From positions 1 to 47,547 of IMG/VR virus record IMGVR_UViG_3300032280_000673: 47,547 nucleotides of DNA. The stretch is one strand, 5' to 3'. Positions within the stretch are counted from its first letter, which is position 1; each line of letters begins with the position of its first letter. Below, piece after piece: positions 8,368-19,700 of this stretch. This stretch comes from a virus (taxonomy: Duplodnaviria; Caudoviricetes). Both the position numbers and the translations under genes were made by a program. Below the pieces are notes generated by a model. That model was not told where the DNA came from, did no database searches, and was given only the letters and a program-made list of their open reading frames with translations.

Positions 8368-9108
8368 ATGGGAATATATTTTACAAACGGAATGAGTATA
8401 ACACCAAATGTAGTATCCAATGTAGGAATAGCTACAACAAATTTAGTATTACATTACGACCCTTCTAATGTATCATCTTATAATGGGAGTGGAACAACTA
8501 TTAACGATTTAAGTGGTAATGGTAGACATGGAACAATGAGTAATATTTCACACACATCACCATACTTTACATACAATGGTTCTTCATCACAAATTTCAGT
8601 TGCAGATAATGCACTATTAGAACCTGGAAGTGGTGATTGGACAATAGAAGTTTGGGTAAATCAGGCAGTAGCAGGTAACGATGTAGTTCTTGGTAAATTT
8701 AACGCAGGTGGATTAACAACAAATGTGGGTTATAGTATTAGAACTACGGGTTCAACATTTTACGGACAATATGGTTCGGGTGGGGGTTCTGGTGCAACTC
8801 TATTCGTTAATAGTACAAATTATTCTAAAACTATCAATACTTGGCATCAATTAGTTTATGTGTTTACCAATGTTGCAGCTAACACATTCCAAACATTTGT
8901 TAATGGTAGTAGTATTGGTACTGTAAACCATAGTTTGGCAAGTATATTAAATACATCCACAAACTTATACATTGGTTCATACAATGGTGGTGAATACCCA
9001 CAATGGTTTGATGGTAAAATTGGAATAACTAGATTATACAATAGAGCATTGACATCAACCGAAGTTTTGAATAACTATAATGTAGATAAATCTAAATACG
9101 GATTATAA
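8368..9108 (+). CDS. LamG/concanavalin A-like lectin virion protein
   Basis: LVLHYDPSNVSSYNGSGTTINDLSGNG...WTIEVWVN...WHQLVYVF...FDGKIGITRLYNRALTSTEVLNNY. Confidence 0.85.
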   Translation: MGIYFTNGMSITPNVVSNVGIATTNLVLHYDPSNVSSYNGSGTTINDLSGNGRHGTMSNISHTSPYFTYNGSSSQISVADNALLEPGSGDWTIEVWVNQAVAGNDVVLGKFNAGGLTTNVGYSIRTTGSTFYGQYGSGGGSGATLFVNSTNYSKTINTWHQLVYVFTNVAANTFQTFVNGSSIGTVNHSLASILNTSTNLYIGSYNGGEYPQWFDGKIGITRLYNRALTSTEVLNNYNVDKSKYGL

Positions 9109-9709
9109 TAATAAAAAATATAAATAAAATGGGAATATATTTTACAAACGGATTTAGTATAACACCAAATAATACTAACAACAATAACACTCCAACACAA
9201 TTATTAACCAATTCTGACTTTAGTTCCGGAACAACGGGATGGACAGCAAGTGGTGGATTTGGAACATGGTCTTTCACTTCATCAAATCAAGCTGCAGTTT
9301 TAAATGGAGTATTGTACTTCACATATATAAGTAGAACAGTCAGTCAATCTGTAAATGTTAGTAGTTATGTTTCTACTGCAAATTCTTTTACTGGAATTGT
9401 TAATATTAAACGTGAGGTAAATGGGCCAAATAATAATGATACTTATAATTTTACCTTATTATTTAAAAACTCCGGTGGAACAACCATTGTAACAAAAACA
9501 ACAGGTTCAAGTATTGCTCCTTTGAACTATACCGATGTAACATTGACTTTAAATAGAAGTGAAATTCCTGCAACATTTGATACAATAACATCCGTAGAAG
9601 TTCAAATAACAGGACAAGATGCAGGAAACTGGAATGGTAATCACGGCCCATGGGTTGATTATGTACAACTAAATGTATCTTAATTTAAAATACGGATTAT
9701 AATAATAAA
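9094..9709 (+). repeat. 22-bp direct repeat flanking gene 9129..9683
   Basis: aaatacggattataataataaa at 9094-9115 (encodes the KYGL-stop end of the LamG gene) and at 9688-9709 (intergenic). Confidence 0.9.
9129..9683 (+). CDS. Putative carbohydrate-binding virion protein (galactose-binding/FBA-like fold)
   Basis: LLTNSDFSSGTTGW...VSQSVNV...VQITGQDAGNWNGNHGPWVD; N-terminus MGIYFTNGxSITPN shared with the upstream gene. Confidence 0.65.
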   Translation: MGIYFTNGFSITPNNTNNNNTPTQLLTNSDFSSGTTGWTASGGFGTWSFTSSNQAAVLNGVLYFTYISRTVSQSVNVSSYVSTANSFTGIVNIKREVNGPNNNDTYNFTLLFKNSGGTTIVTKTTGSSIAPLNYTDVTLTLNRSEIPATFDTITSVEVQITGQDAGNWNGNHGPWVDYVQLNVS

Positions 9710-9711
9710 GG

Positions 9712-9720
9712 ATATTTATA
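9712..9720 (+). promoter_or_regulatory. Putative late promoter ATATTTATA
   Basis: Only 4 nt before ATG 9725. Confidence 0.55.
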
Positions 9721-9724
9721 GGAT

Positions 9725-10048
9725 ATGGCAAACTTAATAAGATTAAAACAAATAGAGAGTGGTTCTGCACTACAAACATCTGCACAAATCGGAACAGACA
9801 TAAGTGGTTCAGTTATTAGTATCATTAGTTCATCTTTGAGTGGAGCGTTATCTGTACTTGCAACCGATGTAGAAGTTGCAGCAATAAGTGCATCAATCGC
9901 TGCAAGTATTGGTATAGTAGCAACTGGTGTGGGACTTGTAACAACCTCATCTTTCCATGCTTACACTGCATCTTTAGGAGATACATTCGCAACAGACCAA
10001 GAAGTTTATCTTACTGCATCTGCTATTATTGACCAGGGTGAGTTTTAA
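9725..10048 (+). CDS. Small Ser-rich fibre adaptor with C-terminal DQGEF
   Basis: 107 aa; ATD.EV repeats shared with neighbouring genes. Confidence 0.75.
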   Translation: MANLIRLKQIESGSALQTSAQIGTDISGSVISIISSSLSGALSVLATDVEVAAISASIAASIGIVATGVGLVTTSSFHAYTASLGDTFATDQEVYLTASAIIDQGEF

Positions 10049-10060
10049 TAATAAAAACTC

Positions 10061-10069
10061 ATATTTATA
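10061..10069 (+). promoter_or_regulatory. Putative late promoter ATATTTATA
   Basis: Intergenic, 21 nt before 10091. Confidence 0.7.
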
Positions 10070-10090
10070 AACAATATTACGACAATATAG

Positions 10091-12256
10091 ATGGCTCAAT
10101 TAATACAACATAAAAGAGGTAGGTTAGAAAGGTTATCGACAATTACAGGTTCTTTACAAAAAGGAGAAATATTAATTGTAACTGGTTCGTCAAATATAAC
10201 CTCTTCAAATGGTTCAGCTATTCTATTTGCAGCAACTGAAAGTGGTTCGGTTCAAGCTACCAATAGATTTATAATAGGTAGTTCGGCACCAAATGTATTT
10301 CCTGCATCGACTTATGGTGGTTTAGTAAATGGAGTTCCTTATTACGATAGTGGTAGTGGAACTTTATATTTGTTAGGTAGTGATGGCAATACTGCAATCA
10401 ACTTAACAGGTAACATCAGTACATTTAGTGCATCAGTAGCTACATCATTTAGTGCGAGTAATGCAAGTATAGCAAGTATAACGGGAGATTTTAGTTCGTC
10501 AGTTGCAACTTCATTTAGTGCAAGTAATGCATCACAAATTGCATTAAGTTCGTCAGTAGCAACTTCATTTAGTGCAAGTAATGCATCACAAATTGCATTA
10601 AGTTCGTCAGTAGCAACTTCATTTAGTTCAAGTCAAGCTGCCGAAACGATATTAAGTTCATCAATTGCAACATCAATATCTGCAAGTAATGCAAGTATAA
10701 CAACATTGAGCTCTTCGATATCTGCATCTATTATTGAAATTGTAAGTGCATCATTGAGTAGCTCATTATCAGTAATAGCAACCGATTTTGAAATAGCAAT
10801 AGTTAGTGCATCGTTATCAGCATCACAAAATTTAATATCTTCTTCTATAAGTTCTTCAATTGCAGAAACTTTAAGTGGAAGTGTAGCATCAATAAGTAGT
10901 TTGAGTTCATCGTTAGCTACATCAATATCTGCAAGTAACGCAAGTATAACATCATTAAGTTCTTCAATTTCTCAATCCATTGTCGATATTGTAAGTGCAT
11001 CGTTAAGTAGTTCATTATCAGTAATAGCAACGGATATAGAAGTTGCAATTGTTAGTGCATCATTATCATCGTCACAAGCTTTAATATCATCTTCAATTAG
11101 TACATCAATTGCAGAGACTTTAAGTGGAAGTGCAGCATCATTAACAACTTTAAGTTCATCGGTATCTGCTTCATTGGCAACGTTGAGTGCAAGTAGTGGA
11201 TTTATTAGTTATGTAACAAATAGTGTTCAAAACTTAACAGGAATTGAAGTTGCAGATTATAGTTCGGATGTTGCAGTGACATTTGTAAACGGAACATTGA
11301 AATTTATTTTTGGAACACCATTAGCACCAACATCGGTAGCAGCATCCACAAGCGGATTTGCAACGGACAGATTTAATAATGTAACGGACACATATTCAGT
11401 TAATGGAACTTGGAGTAATCAGGGTTATACATTAGTAAGTGCATCTTTATATGAAGGAGCAACTCTATTAACACAAGTTGGTAGTGGAACATCTTTAACA
11501 TATAGTACAACAACATCGGGTTCTCACACATATAGATTAGAATATACGGCAAGTTCACCATTAGATGGTACAATATATAAGACATCAACTACAACAACAG
11601 GAACAGTATCTAAAACAAATCCCGCAGCACCTACATTGACACCAACTGCAACAATTCAATTAGGAACTACTTCAAATCAAATTGAACAAGGTGCAACGGG
11701 TAGTATTTCATTTACATCATCATCGGCAAATCCATCTAATAATTGGAATTTGACAAGTGTGACAACAAATGTGGCATCACCTTATTATGTAACAGGTTCT
11801 GCAACCGGTTCTACTTCAATTAGTATAACTGCAACTGCAAACTACGCATCTCCAACAGGTGAAAATGTTCCTGATACCACAACAACATCAACGGCAACTA
11901 CTACATATACAAAAATTAGAAGTTTAAGATATGGTGCAAGTGCAGCAACATCATTTACTGCAGGAGAATTAGAAAATATTGGTGCATGGGATACTACATT
12001 AGGTGGAACGATAGGAACAATTGCAAAAGGAACAACAACGGCAAGTGGACAAAGTGTAACAATAAGTTGGACTGGTGACAAATACCATTATATAGTATTC
12101 AATAGTTCTCTATCAAACTTAACAAATATCACAACAGGTGGATTTGGTGTATTTGGTTCGTTTGCAGTAACAACAGTTGGACAATATAAAGTTTACAAAA
12201 CGAGTCTTTTGCAAGCAGGTGGAGCAGGAAGTAACATAACATATATATTAACATAA
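10091..12256 (+). CDS. Ser/Thr-rich fibre protein (gp37-like N-terminus, Ser-rich helical stalk, beta-rich C-terminus)
   Basis: 721 aa; MAQLIQHKRG...LQKGEILI; first ~130 aa closely paralogous to 12788..16030. Confidence 0.8.
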   Translation: MAQLIQHKRGRLERLSTITGSLQKGEILIVTGSSNITSSNGSAILFAATESGSVQATNRFIIGSSAPNVFPASTYGGLVNGVPYYDSGSGTLYLLGSDGNTAINLTGNISTFSASVATSFSASNASIASITGDFSSSVATSFSASNASQIALSSSVATSFSASNASQIALSSSVATSFSSSQAAETILSSSIATSISASNASITTLSSSISASIIEIVSASLSSSLSVIATDFEIAIVSASLSASQNLISSSISSSIAETLSGSVASISSLSSSLATSISASNASITSLSSSISQSIVDIVSASLSSSLSVIATDIEVAIVSASLSSSQALISSSISTSIAETLSGSAASLTTLSSSVSASLATLSASSGFISYVTNSVQNLTGIEVADYSSDVAVTFVNGTLKFIFGTPLAPTSVAASTSGFATDRFNNVTDTYSVNGTWSNQGYTLVSASLYEGATLLTQVGSGTSLTYSTTTSGSHTYRLEYTASSPLDGTIYKTSTTTTGTVSKTNPAAPTLTPTATIQLGTTSNQIEQGATGSISFTSSSANPSNNWNLTSVTTNVASPYYVTGSATGSTSISITATANYASPTGENVPDTTTTSTATTTYTKIRSLRYGASAATSFTAGELENIGAWDTTLGGTIGTIAKGTTTASGQSVTISWTGDKYHYIVFNSSLSNLTNITTGGFGVFGSFAVTTVGQYKVYKTSLLQAGGAGSNITYILT
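10493..11152 (+). repeat. Intragenic tandem repeats: 54-bp unit (~2.5 copies) followed by a 249-bp unit (2 diverged copies)
   Basis: agttcgtcag recurs at 10493/10547/10601 (SSSVATSFSASNASQIAL); 83-aa units start at 10655 and 10904. Confidence 0.85.
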
Positions 12257-12271
12257 ATAGAACGATAAGAG

Positions 12272-12661
12272 ATGGCAATTATATTACCTAGTGGGTTTAA
12301 CATAACGAATAGTGAGCCGGTTGATGCAAGATTTGCATTAGCTAATCAGTCAGCTCGTTATGCTTTATCTGCTGCTAATATTTATAAGGGATTAGTTGTA
12401 TTTCAACAAGATGACTCTACGATGTTTGTATTAACTGATACCACAAATGTAGGAAATTCAAATGGTTGGACACAAATACAAATAGGTGCAGTAACATCAA
12501 ATTTACCATCGGGTGTAATATCATCTTCACAACAGGTGATTGACATATTTAACGCAAATTTCACCGCAGGTTCTACAATGGCATCAACAGTAGATACTAC
12601 ATTCGCAACCGATAATGAGTTATTTGTTACATCTTCGAATTTGGATGCAGGAGAGTTTTAA
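12272..12661 (+). CDS. Small fibre adaptor with C-terminal DAGEF
   Basis: 129 aa; FNITNSEPVDARF...YKGLVVF; C-terminus TFATDNEL..TSS.LDAGEF resembles that of 9725..10048. Confidence 0.75.
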   Translation: MAIILPSGFNITNSEPVDARFALANQSARYALSAANIYKGLVVFQQDDSTMFVLTDTTNVGNSNGWTQIQIGAVTSNLPSGVISSSQQVIDIFNANFTAGSTMASTVDTTFATDNELFVTSSNLDAGEF

Positions 12662-12735
12662 TAGTTACATCGGACATTAATAATAAAAAAATATAAAATT
12701 AAATCCAAATAAGTAATTTGTTTGTAAGAAAATGA

Positions 12736-12744
12736 ATATTTATA
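12736..12744 (+). promoter_or_regulatory. Putative late promoter ATATTTATA
   Basis: Intergenic, before 12788. Confidence 0.7.
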
Positions 12745-12787
12745 TCGGAATACTAACATAAAGTAAAGAGAATAACCCCAAAAAAAT

Positions 12788-15700
12788 ATGGCACAAATCA
12801 TTAAAAACAGACGTGGTTCGTTAGAACGTTTATCGGCAGCAACCTCATCTTTCCAAAAAGGTGAATTAATAATAACCTCAGGTTCGTCAAATTTAACGAC
12901 TACCAATGGTTCATCTATTTTATTCGCAGCAACCGAAAGTGGTTCAGTACAGGCAGTTAATAGATTCTTATTAGGAACCAACGCACCAAATATATTTAGT
13001 TCATCTATCTATAATGGTTTAGTTCAAGGTGTTCCTTACTACGCAAGTGGTAGTTCAACTTTATACTTACTTGGTTCTGACAAAAATGATATACCAGATT
13101 TAACGGGTAACATTAGTAACTTTAGTGCATCGGTTGCAACTTCATTTAGTGCAAGTCAAGCTTCTCAAACTGCTTTATCTGCATCGGTTTCATCTGTAAC
13201 TGGTGAATTTAGTTCTTCGGTAGCAACTTCATTCTCAGCAAGTAATGCAAGTATAACTTCATTATCAGCATCAGTTGCATCGGTAACTGGTGATTTTAGT
13301 TCTTCAGTTGCACAAACATTTACAACTCAAAGTGCTAGAATTTCTTCATTAGAATCATTTAGTGGTTCTACTTTAGGTAGATTGACTAATTTAGAAACAA
13401 CTTCTGCAAGTGTAAATACTTCAGTTGTGGCTTTAAATAATTCATCTGCATCTTTAAATTCATTTACTTCATCATTACTTCAAGCATTAACTGCAAGTGG
13501 TGTAAACTTAACTGCAAATGGTAATTTAAGTGTACTAGGTAACTTAACAGTAGCAGGAACAACAACCGCAGTAAACTCTACTACAATTCAATTAGGAGAT
13601 AACATAATTGAATTAAATGGTACAGGTGTTGCAAATGGTGGTTTATTAGTTAAAGACCCAACTGCACCAAATACGGTAAGTGGTTCATTACTTTGGGATT
13701 CTACAAATGACTACTGGAAAGCAGGAGCATTGGGAGCTGAAAGTAAATTATTAAGAGCTGATGGTGATTCAGTAGTAAGTGGTTCATCTCAAATAACATT
13801 ATCATCAACAACAGGATTTGATACATATAGTGGTTCAGTATCGGCATCATTAGCATCAATTGTTGAAAATGTTGGGTCTGGTGTTGGAGTTTCTATAACA
13901 AACTTAAACTCATTTAGTTCTTCTACATTAGGTAGATTGACAAATATTGAATCGACTTCTGCAAGTGTAAACACTTCGGTTGCGGCATTAAATACTTCAT
14001 CTGCTTCACAACAAACTCAATTAGATACTTTAAGTTCTAAAACAGGTTCATATGCAACTACTGGTTCAAACGTATTTGTTGGAACTCAAACTATAAGTGC
14101 TTCATTTAATGTAAGTGGTTCTACTAATTTTAACGGAGCAGTAGCAGTTGATAACTCAAATGTAAATTTAGGTAATAGTTCATCGTTAAATTTAACATCT
14201 GGTTCTTCAATCTTTGTTAATGGTGATGGTGTAATTAGTGGTTCTATTGTTGGTATTGGTAACGTAACCGCATTTAGCGCATCAGTAGACGCAAGATTAA
14301 CTACATTATCAGTTGATAGTGGTTCTCAAGCTTCTAGATTAACAAATTTAGAATCTAAATCTTCAAGTGTTGATACGTCAATTGCAGCTTTAAATTCATA
14401 TACAAGTTCAAATACATCAACAACCGCATTAAATAACTTTACTGCATCTGCAGAAGGAAGATTGACAAACTTAGAAAATACATCTGCAAGTTTATTGATT
14501 GAAACTGCTAATTTAGAATTATTTAGTGGTTCTACTTTAGGAAGATTATCAAATATTGAATTAACTTCTGCAAGTGTAAATACTTCAATAGTAGCATTAA
14601 ATAGTTCAACTGCTTCTCAACAAATTAGTATTGACGCATTAAATAGTTACACAAGTTCAAATACTTCAACAACTGCTCTAAACGCATTTACGGCATCTGC
14701 AATTGGAAGATTGAATAACTTAGAAGAAACTTCTGCAAGTGTAAACATTTCAGTTTCTAATTTAAACTTAACAACTGCAAGTTTAAACACTTCAATAACT
14801 AATTTAAATACAGTAAGTAGTTCAAACTTAGGTAGATTATCTAATTTAGAAGTAACAACTGCAAGTTTAAACACTTCAATAACCAATTTAAATACGGTAA
14901 GTGCTTCAAATTTAGGTAGATTATCTAACTTAGAATTAACTTCTGCAAGTGTAAATACTTCAATACAATCATCAAACACAACAACTGCAAGTTTAAATAA
15001 TTCAGTATCAGCTTTAAATACGGTAAGTGCTTCAAATATAGGTAGATTAAATAACTTAGAAACAACTTCTGCAAGTGTAAATACTTCAGTAGCTGCTTTA
15101 AATACAACATCTGCATCAGTTTTATCATCATTAAGTGATATTCAAAGTTACACATCATCATTAAGAACTGCATTTACCGCAAGTGGTGTCAATGTAACAT
15201 TCAATGGTGATACAACAGTTAAAGGTAATTTGTTTGTACAAGGTACTCAAACAGTTGTTGACTCAACCACAATTAACTTAGCAGATAATATATTAGTATT
15301 AAACGCAGCTGGAACATCTGATGGTGGTTTGGTTGTAAGAGATGCAACGGGTGGTTCAACAACATCTGGTTCTTTACTTTGGGATGTAACTAATGATTAC
15401 TGGAAAGCAGGAGCATTAGGAGCTGAAAGTAAATTATTAAGAGCAAATGGAGATTCAATAGTAAGTGGTTCTTCACAAATTACTATATCTTCAACAACTG
15501 GATTTGATACATTTAGTGGTTCAATTGTAACTTCATTCTCAGCAAGTAATGCAAGTATTACTTCATTATCAGCGAGTGTAGCAAGTGTAACTGGAGACTT
15601 TAGTTCATCAGTAGCAACATCGTTTAGTGCAAGTGCAGCATCTCAATTATCATTGAGTTCTTCATTCGCATCTTCACAAACTGCACAAAATGTTAGATTA

Positions 15701-16030
15701 GGTTTATTAGAAACATCAACAGGAAGTTTAAATTCGTTTACTTCTTCGATTGATACTACTATTAAAACTAAATTAAATTTAGATACTGTAGTAAGTGGTT
15801 CATCACAAATTGATATTACATCAACAACAGGATTTACTACATATAGTAGTTCAGTTGCAACGGCAATAAGTGCATCAACTGCAGCAGCGACTTGGGAAAA
15901 CCTTAATGGAAAACCAGGTGGAATTGTAAGTGGTTCAGTACAAGTTGACATAACGGCAACTACCGGATTTAGTACATTTAGTAGTTCAATTGAAACAAGA
16001 ATTTCATTAATAGACGGAGGAACTTATTAA
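12788..16030 (+). CDS. Long Ser/Thr-rich coiled-coil fibre shaft protein
   Basis: 1080 aa; 14-residue repeats (LNTVSASNLGRLSN / LETTSASVNTSVAA); two copies of the STTI.L.DNI..LN...GGL.V.D....SGSLLWD.TNDYWKAG domain; ends IDGGTY. Confidence 0.85.
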   Translation: MAQIIKNRRGSLERLSAATSSFQKGELIITSGSSNLTTTNGSSILFAATESGSVQAVNRFLLGTNAPNIFSSSIYNGLVQGVPYYASGSSTLYLLGSDKNDIPDLTGNISNFSASVATSFSASQASQTALSASVSSVTGEFSSSVATSFSASNASITSLSASVASVTGDFSSSVAQTFTTQSARISSLESFSGSTLGRLTNLETTSASVNTSVVALNNSSASLNSFTSSLLQALTASGVNLTANGNLSVLGNLTVAGTTTAVNSTTIQLGDNIIELNGTGVANGGLLVKDPTAPNTVSGSLLWDSTNDYWKAGALGAESKLLRADGDSVVSGSSQITLSSTTGFDTYSGSVSASLASIVENVGSGVGVSITNLNSFSSSTLGRLTNIESTSASVNTSVAALNTSSASQQTQLDTLSSKTGSYATTGSNVFVGTQTISASFNVSGSTNFNGAVAVDNSNVNLGNSSSLNLTSGSSIFVNGDGVISGSIVGIGNVTAFSASVDARLTTLSVDSGSQASRLTNLESKSSSVDTSIAALNSYTSSNTSTTALNNFTASAEGRLTNLENTSASLLIETANLELFSGSTLGRLSNIELTSASVNTSIVALNSSTASQQISIDALNSYTSSNTSTTALNAFTASAIGRLNNLEETSASVNISVSNLNLTTASLNTSITNLNTVSSSNLGRLSNLEVTTASLNTSITNLNTVSASNLGRLSNLELTSASVNTSIQSSNTTTASLNNSVSALNTVSASNIGRLNNLETTSASVNTSVAALNTTSASVLSSLSDIQSYTSSLRTAFTASGVNVTFNGDTTVKGNLFVQGTQTVVDSTTINLADNILVLNAAGTSDGGLVVRDATGGSTTSGSLLWDVTNDYWKAGALGAESKLLRANGDSIVSGSSQITISSTTGFDTFSGSIVTSFSASNASITSLSASVASVTGDFSSSVATSFSASAASQLSLSSSFASSQTAQNVRLGLLETSTGSLNSFTSSIDTTIKTKLNLDTVVSGSSQIDITSTTGFTTYSSSVATAISASTAAATWENLNGKPGGIVSGSVQVDITATTGFSTFSSSIETRISLIDGGTY
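14771..14938 (+). repeat. Near-identical 84-bp tandem repeat in the coiled-coil shaft gene
   Basis: acaactgcaagtttaaacacttcaataac... at 14771 and 14855. Confidence 0.85.
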
Positions 16031-16059
16031 TAACAAAAAGAAAGAATAAATAAAAATAT

Positions 16060-16608
16060 ATGTCATTACCAAATCAACCAACTTCATCGATTTTATTAAA
16101 ACGTTCAGGTGTCGCAGGTGCAAAACCAACAACCACATCGTTAAAAGTAGGTGAAATAGCATTAAATACCTATGATGGTAAAGCGTTTTTACACAAATCA
16201 GGTTCAACTGATGAGGTAGTAGAGATTGTAGTTACCGGAGCAGGTATAACGGGTTCAATTAATCTTAGTGGAGCAGTAACCGCATCAGCCTTCGCAGGTT
16301 ATGGTGGAGAATTGACCGGTGTTACCGCATCAATGAGACCTGATGACTTTGATTTCAACTCTGAACCGTTCGCAGGAACAATTGGATACATACAAGGTAG
16401 TGGTTCTCTTTATAAAGTAGCAACTACAACAAGTTCAATTGATTTTAGATATAACGATGTAACAATCGCAACTATCACATCTGCACAAGGATTTAGTGGT
16501 TCTCTTTACGGAATTGGTGATGTATTAGCATTTAGTGGTTCAGTAGCAACTAGATTATTCAACTTAGAAATATCAGCATCATTCGGTCCAGATGCAGGAG
16601 AACTTTAA
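16060..16608 (+). CDS. Short fibre connector (gp37-like N-terminus, C-terminal DAGEL)
   Basis: ILLKRSGVAGAKPTTTSLKVGEIALNTYDGKAF. Confidence 0.8.
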   Translation: MSLPNQPTSSILLKRSGVAGAKPTTTSLKVGEIALNTYDGKAFLHKSGSTDEVVEIVVTGAGITGSINLSGAVTASAFAGYGGELTGVTASMRPDDFDFNSEPFAGTIGYIQGSGSLYKVATTTSSIDFRYNDVTIATITSAQGFSGSLYGIGDVLAFSGSVATRLFNLEISASFGPDAGEL

Positions 16609-16624
16609 TAGTAAATAAAATTAT

Positions 16625-16659
16625 AATAGAAACCCCTCTTAGTAGGGGTTTTTTATTTT
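16625..16659 (+). terminator. Rho-independent terminator
   Basis: AAACCCCT-CTTAGT-AGGGGTTT followed by TTTATTTT. Confidence 0.85.
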
Positions 16660-16664
16660 ATAGT

Positions 16665-16673
16665 ATATTTATG
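16665..16673 (+). promoter_or_regulatory. Putative late promoter ATATTTATG
   Basis: Directly after the terminator, before 16724. Confidence 0.65.
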
Positions 16674-16723
16674 TTCGTAGTATATACTACATTTTTGTTA
16701 GATAACTTTAAAGGATTAGACAT

Positions 16724-19700
16724 ATGTCATCAATTGTTCAACTCAAACGCTCTGCGTTATCGGGTAAGGTACCTGGTACAGGTTCACTTAATTTAGGAGA
16801 ATTAGCATTAAATACTTACGATGGTAAGATATTTTTCAGACGTTCAGGTTCGACAGACACAATCCAAGAAGTAGTAACAACAAATGTAGTAAACACAGGT
16901 TCCGTAACTCTTACAGGAACATTGACGGCAGAGTCAATTAGAACGAATTTAACGGCTTCATTTGGTTCTTTGAAGGTAAATGATACACTTACTGTTAATC
17001 ATGGTGAAACGATAATTAGTGGTTCGGCATTAGTAACATCCGACTTAACTATATTGGGTGCAGTTAACGCAAGACAATTTAACATTTCTATAATTTCATC
17101 TTCTACATTATTTGAAAGTGGTTCGTCCAATTTCGGTAATAGTTTAGATGATACACATACATTTACAGGGTCAGTTAATGTAACGGGTTCATTATATTTA
17201 AATGGAATAGATTTAAGTCAAGGAAATAATAGTGGAAGTTTTAGTGGTTCTTTTCAAGGTGATGGTAGTGGGTTGAGAGGAGTGGTTAGTGATGAATTAC
17301 CTAGAAATGGATATGATTATAATATAGATGATATTGCAACAATAAACGACTTCAATGCAACTTCTTCAAAATATTTAATTGACTTTGACATAGATGCAAT
17401 GATAGGAACTCCTGTTGGACATAAAACCTACATTGCAAATTTTACAGGTTCTACAAAAGTTATTCCAGCTGGAGATTCTGTTAGATTTCATGTTCGTGAT
17501 GTAGAAGTTGCAAGAATTGACGAAAATGGTTTTAGTGGCAGTATTAATTTTCCTGCAGGAGTAGTTTCAGGTTCCCAACAATTGACATCTTCATATGATA
17601 CAAGATATGTTTTAAGTGGAAGTATTACTCAAACTACATGGGACAATATTGCATCTAAACCATCGGGTATTATAAGTGGTTCATCTCAATTAACATCATC
17701 ATACGATAGTAGATATTCATTAAGTGGAAGTGCCACAAGTACATTTATAAGACAAATTGAAACATATACTGCAACTGAAGGACAAACAATTTTCCCAACA
17801 ACAGCATCGGCCACCATAAACAATGTTGATGTTTATATTAATGGTTTTAAATTATTAACATCGGACTTTAATGTTACCAATTCAAATACTATAACATTGA
17901 CAACCGGTAGTTCAGTAGGTGAACAAGTTGAAATTAATTTATATAGCGCATTTGCTGGAACATATTTGACAACCACAGATTTAACTTCTTTAAATACAAC
18001 TACTGCAAGTTTGGCAAGTTCTATAACAAATTTGAACTTATTGACTTCTAGTTTAGCTACAACGGGTTCAAATACATTTAGAGGAACTCAAACAATGAGT
18101 GGCTCTATCATACCCGCAATCGACAATACATACGATTTAGGTTCAGTAACTTATCAATGGAGAGACATTTATGTTTCCTCTGGTTCACTTTATATAGATG
18201 GAACAAAGGTATTGGGTTCAACCGGAAACGAATTACAAATTACAACCGATGAAGGACAATCAATTAAGATTTTAGAAGCAGGTAGTGATAGTATTATTTT
18301 ACAATCAGCAGATGGTGATATTCAATTAAAAACATCCGGTGGTGGTAATTTGTTATTTGACCCAACGACTGGTTTAATAGATGTTAGAGGAACTTTACAA
18401 ATACAAGATGGAAATAAAATAACATCTTCAGGTGGCAATTCAATTCAATTTGGAAATGATTTAGGAATTACAGGTTCTATCAATACAACTGGAAATATCA
18501 ATGGAATAAATCTTTCAACGTTTAGTTCTTCAATTGTAAGTCAAATATCAACAATCCAAACTAATACGGGTTCATCCAATGCAAGATTAACAAGTATAGA
18601 AAATAAAACAGGAAGTTATGCAACAACTGGGTCTAATACATTCTTTGGAACTCAAACATATAGTGGTTCGGTTTACATTGCAAATGATTTAATTGTACAA
18701 GGTAGTTCATCGATTCAATACATAAGTGCAAGTTCAGTATCAATTGGAACAAATATAGTTCAATTAAATACGGCAAACCCATCGGTAAGATTTGCAGGTT
18801 TGACTATAATAGATAGTGGTTCAATTGGTGGTTCTGGTTCATTCTTATATGATTCGGTACAAGATGAATTTATTTTTGTACATAGAGGAAATGGTACGAA
18901 CATAACATCATCTCACTTTGTATTGGGTCCTGAAACATATGATAGTTTAGGTAATGAAACTTACTTAACAACGAATAGATTACCAAAAGGAACCGGAAAA
19001 GAACATTTAGTTGATTCAAATATTACAGACGATGGAACTACAATTTCATTAGGTTCAAACGTAAACATCACAGGTAGTATCACAATTTCGGGAAATGTTG
19101 ATGGGGTTGATGTATCGGTATTGAATAGTAACATTAATTCATTCAGTTCTTCTGCATTAACAAGATTGTCTACATTAGAAGTTGAAACGGCTAATTTGGA
19201 AACATTTACATCGTCTATTAATACGACCATTAAGACAAGATTAAATGCAGAAACGGTTGTAAGTGGTAGTTCTCAAGTTGATGTAATGTCTACAACAAAC
19301 ATTGCAAGATTGGCAACTACGGGTTCTAATACATTTACCGGTACAATTTCAATTAATAGTGGTACTACGGGATTTTTAACATTAGGAGCAAGTAATTCTT
19401 ATGGTAGTATATCTAGTGGTGGAAGTGGTGCAACAATTTATTTTAATGGTGCAACACGAGGTGGTAGTACAACTGCGGCATCTAATACAATAGTAGTTGC
19501 AACCGATGGTGAATTTTACATAACCAATGGTGCAGCTAATTCTACTAAATTTCTTATTGCAAGTAATGGCAATGCTACACTATCTGGAACATTTACAGAA
19601 AACTCATCAATACGATATAAAGAAAATGTTGAAACTATAAAATATGGTTTAGATAAAGTTCTTCAAATGAGAGGTGTTACATATGATAAAAAGGATAATG

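Noticed and set aside
10493-15120. Tandem repeats as a CRISPR array
   Set aside because: Units are in-frame coding repeats with no unique spacers.
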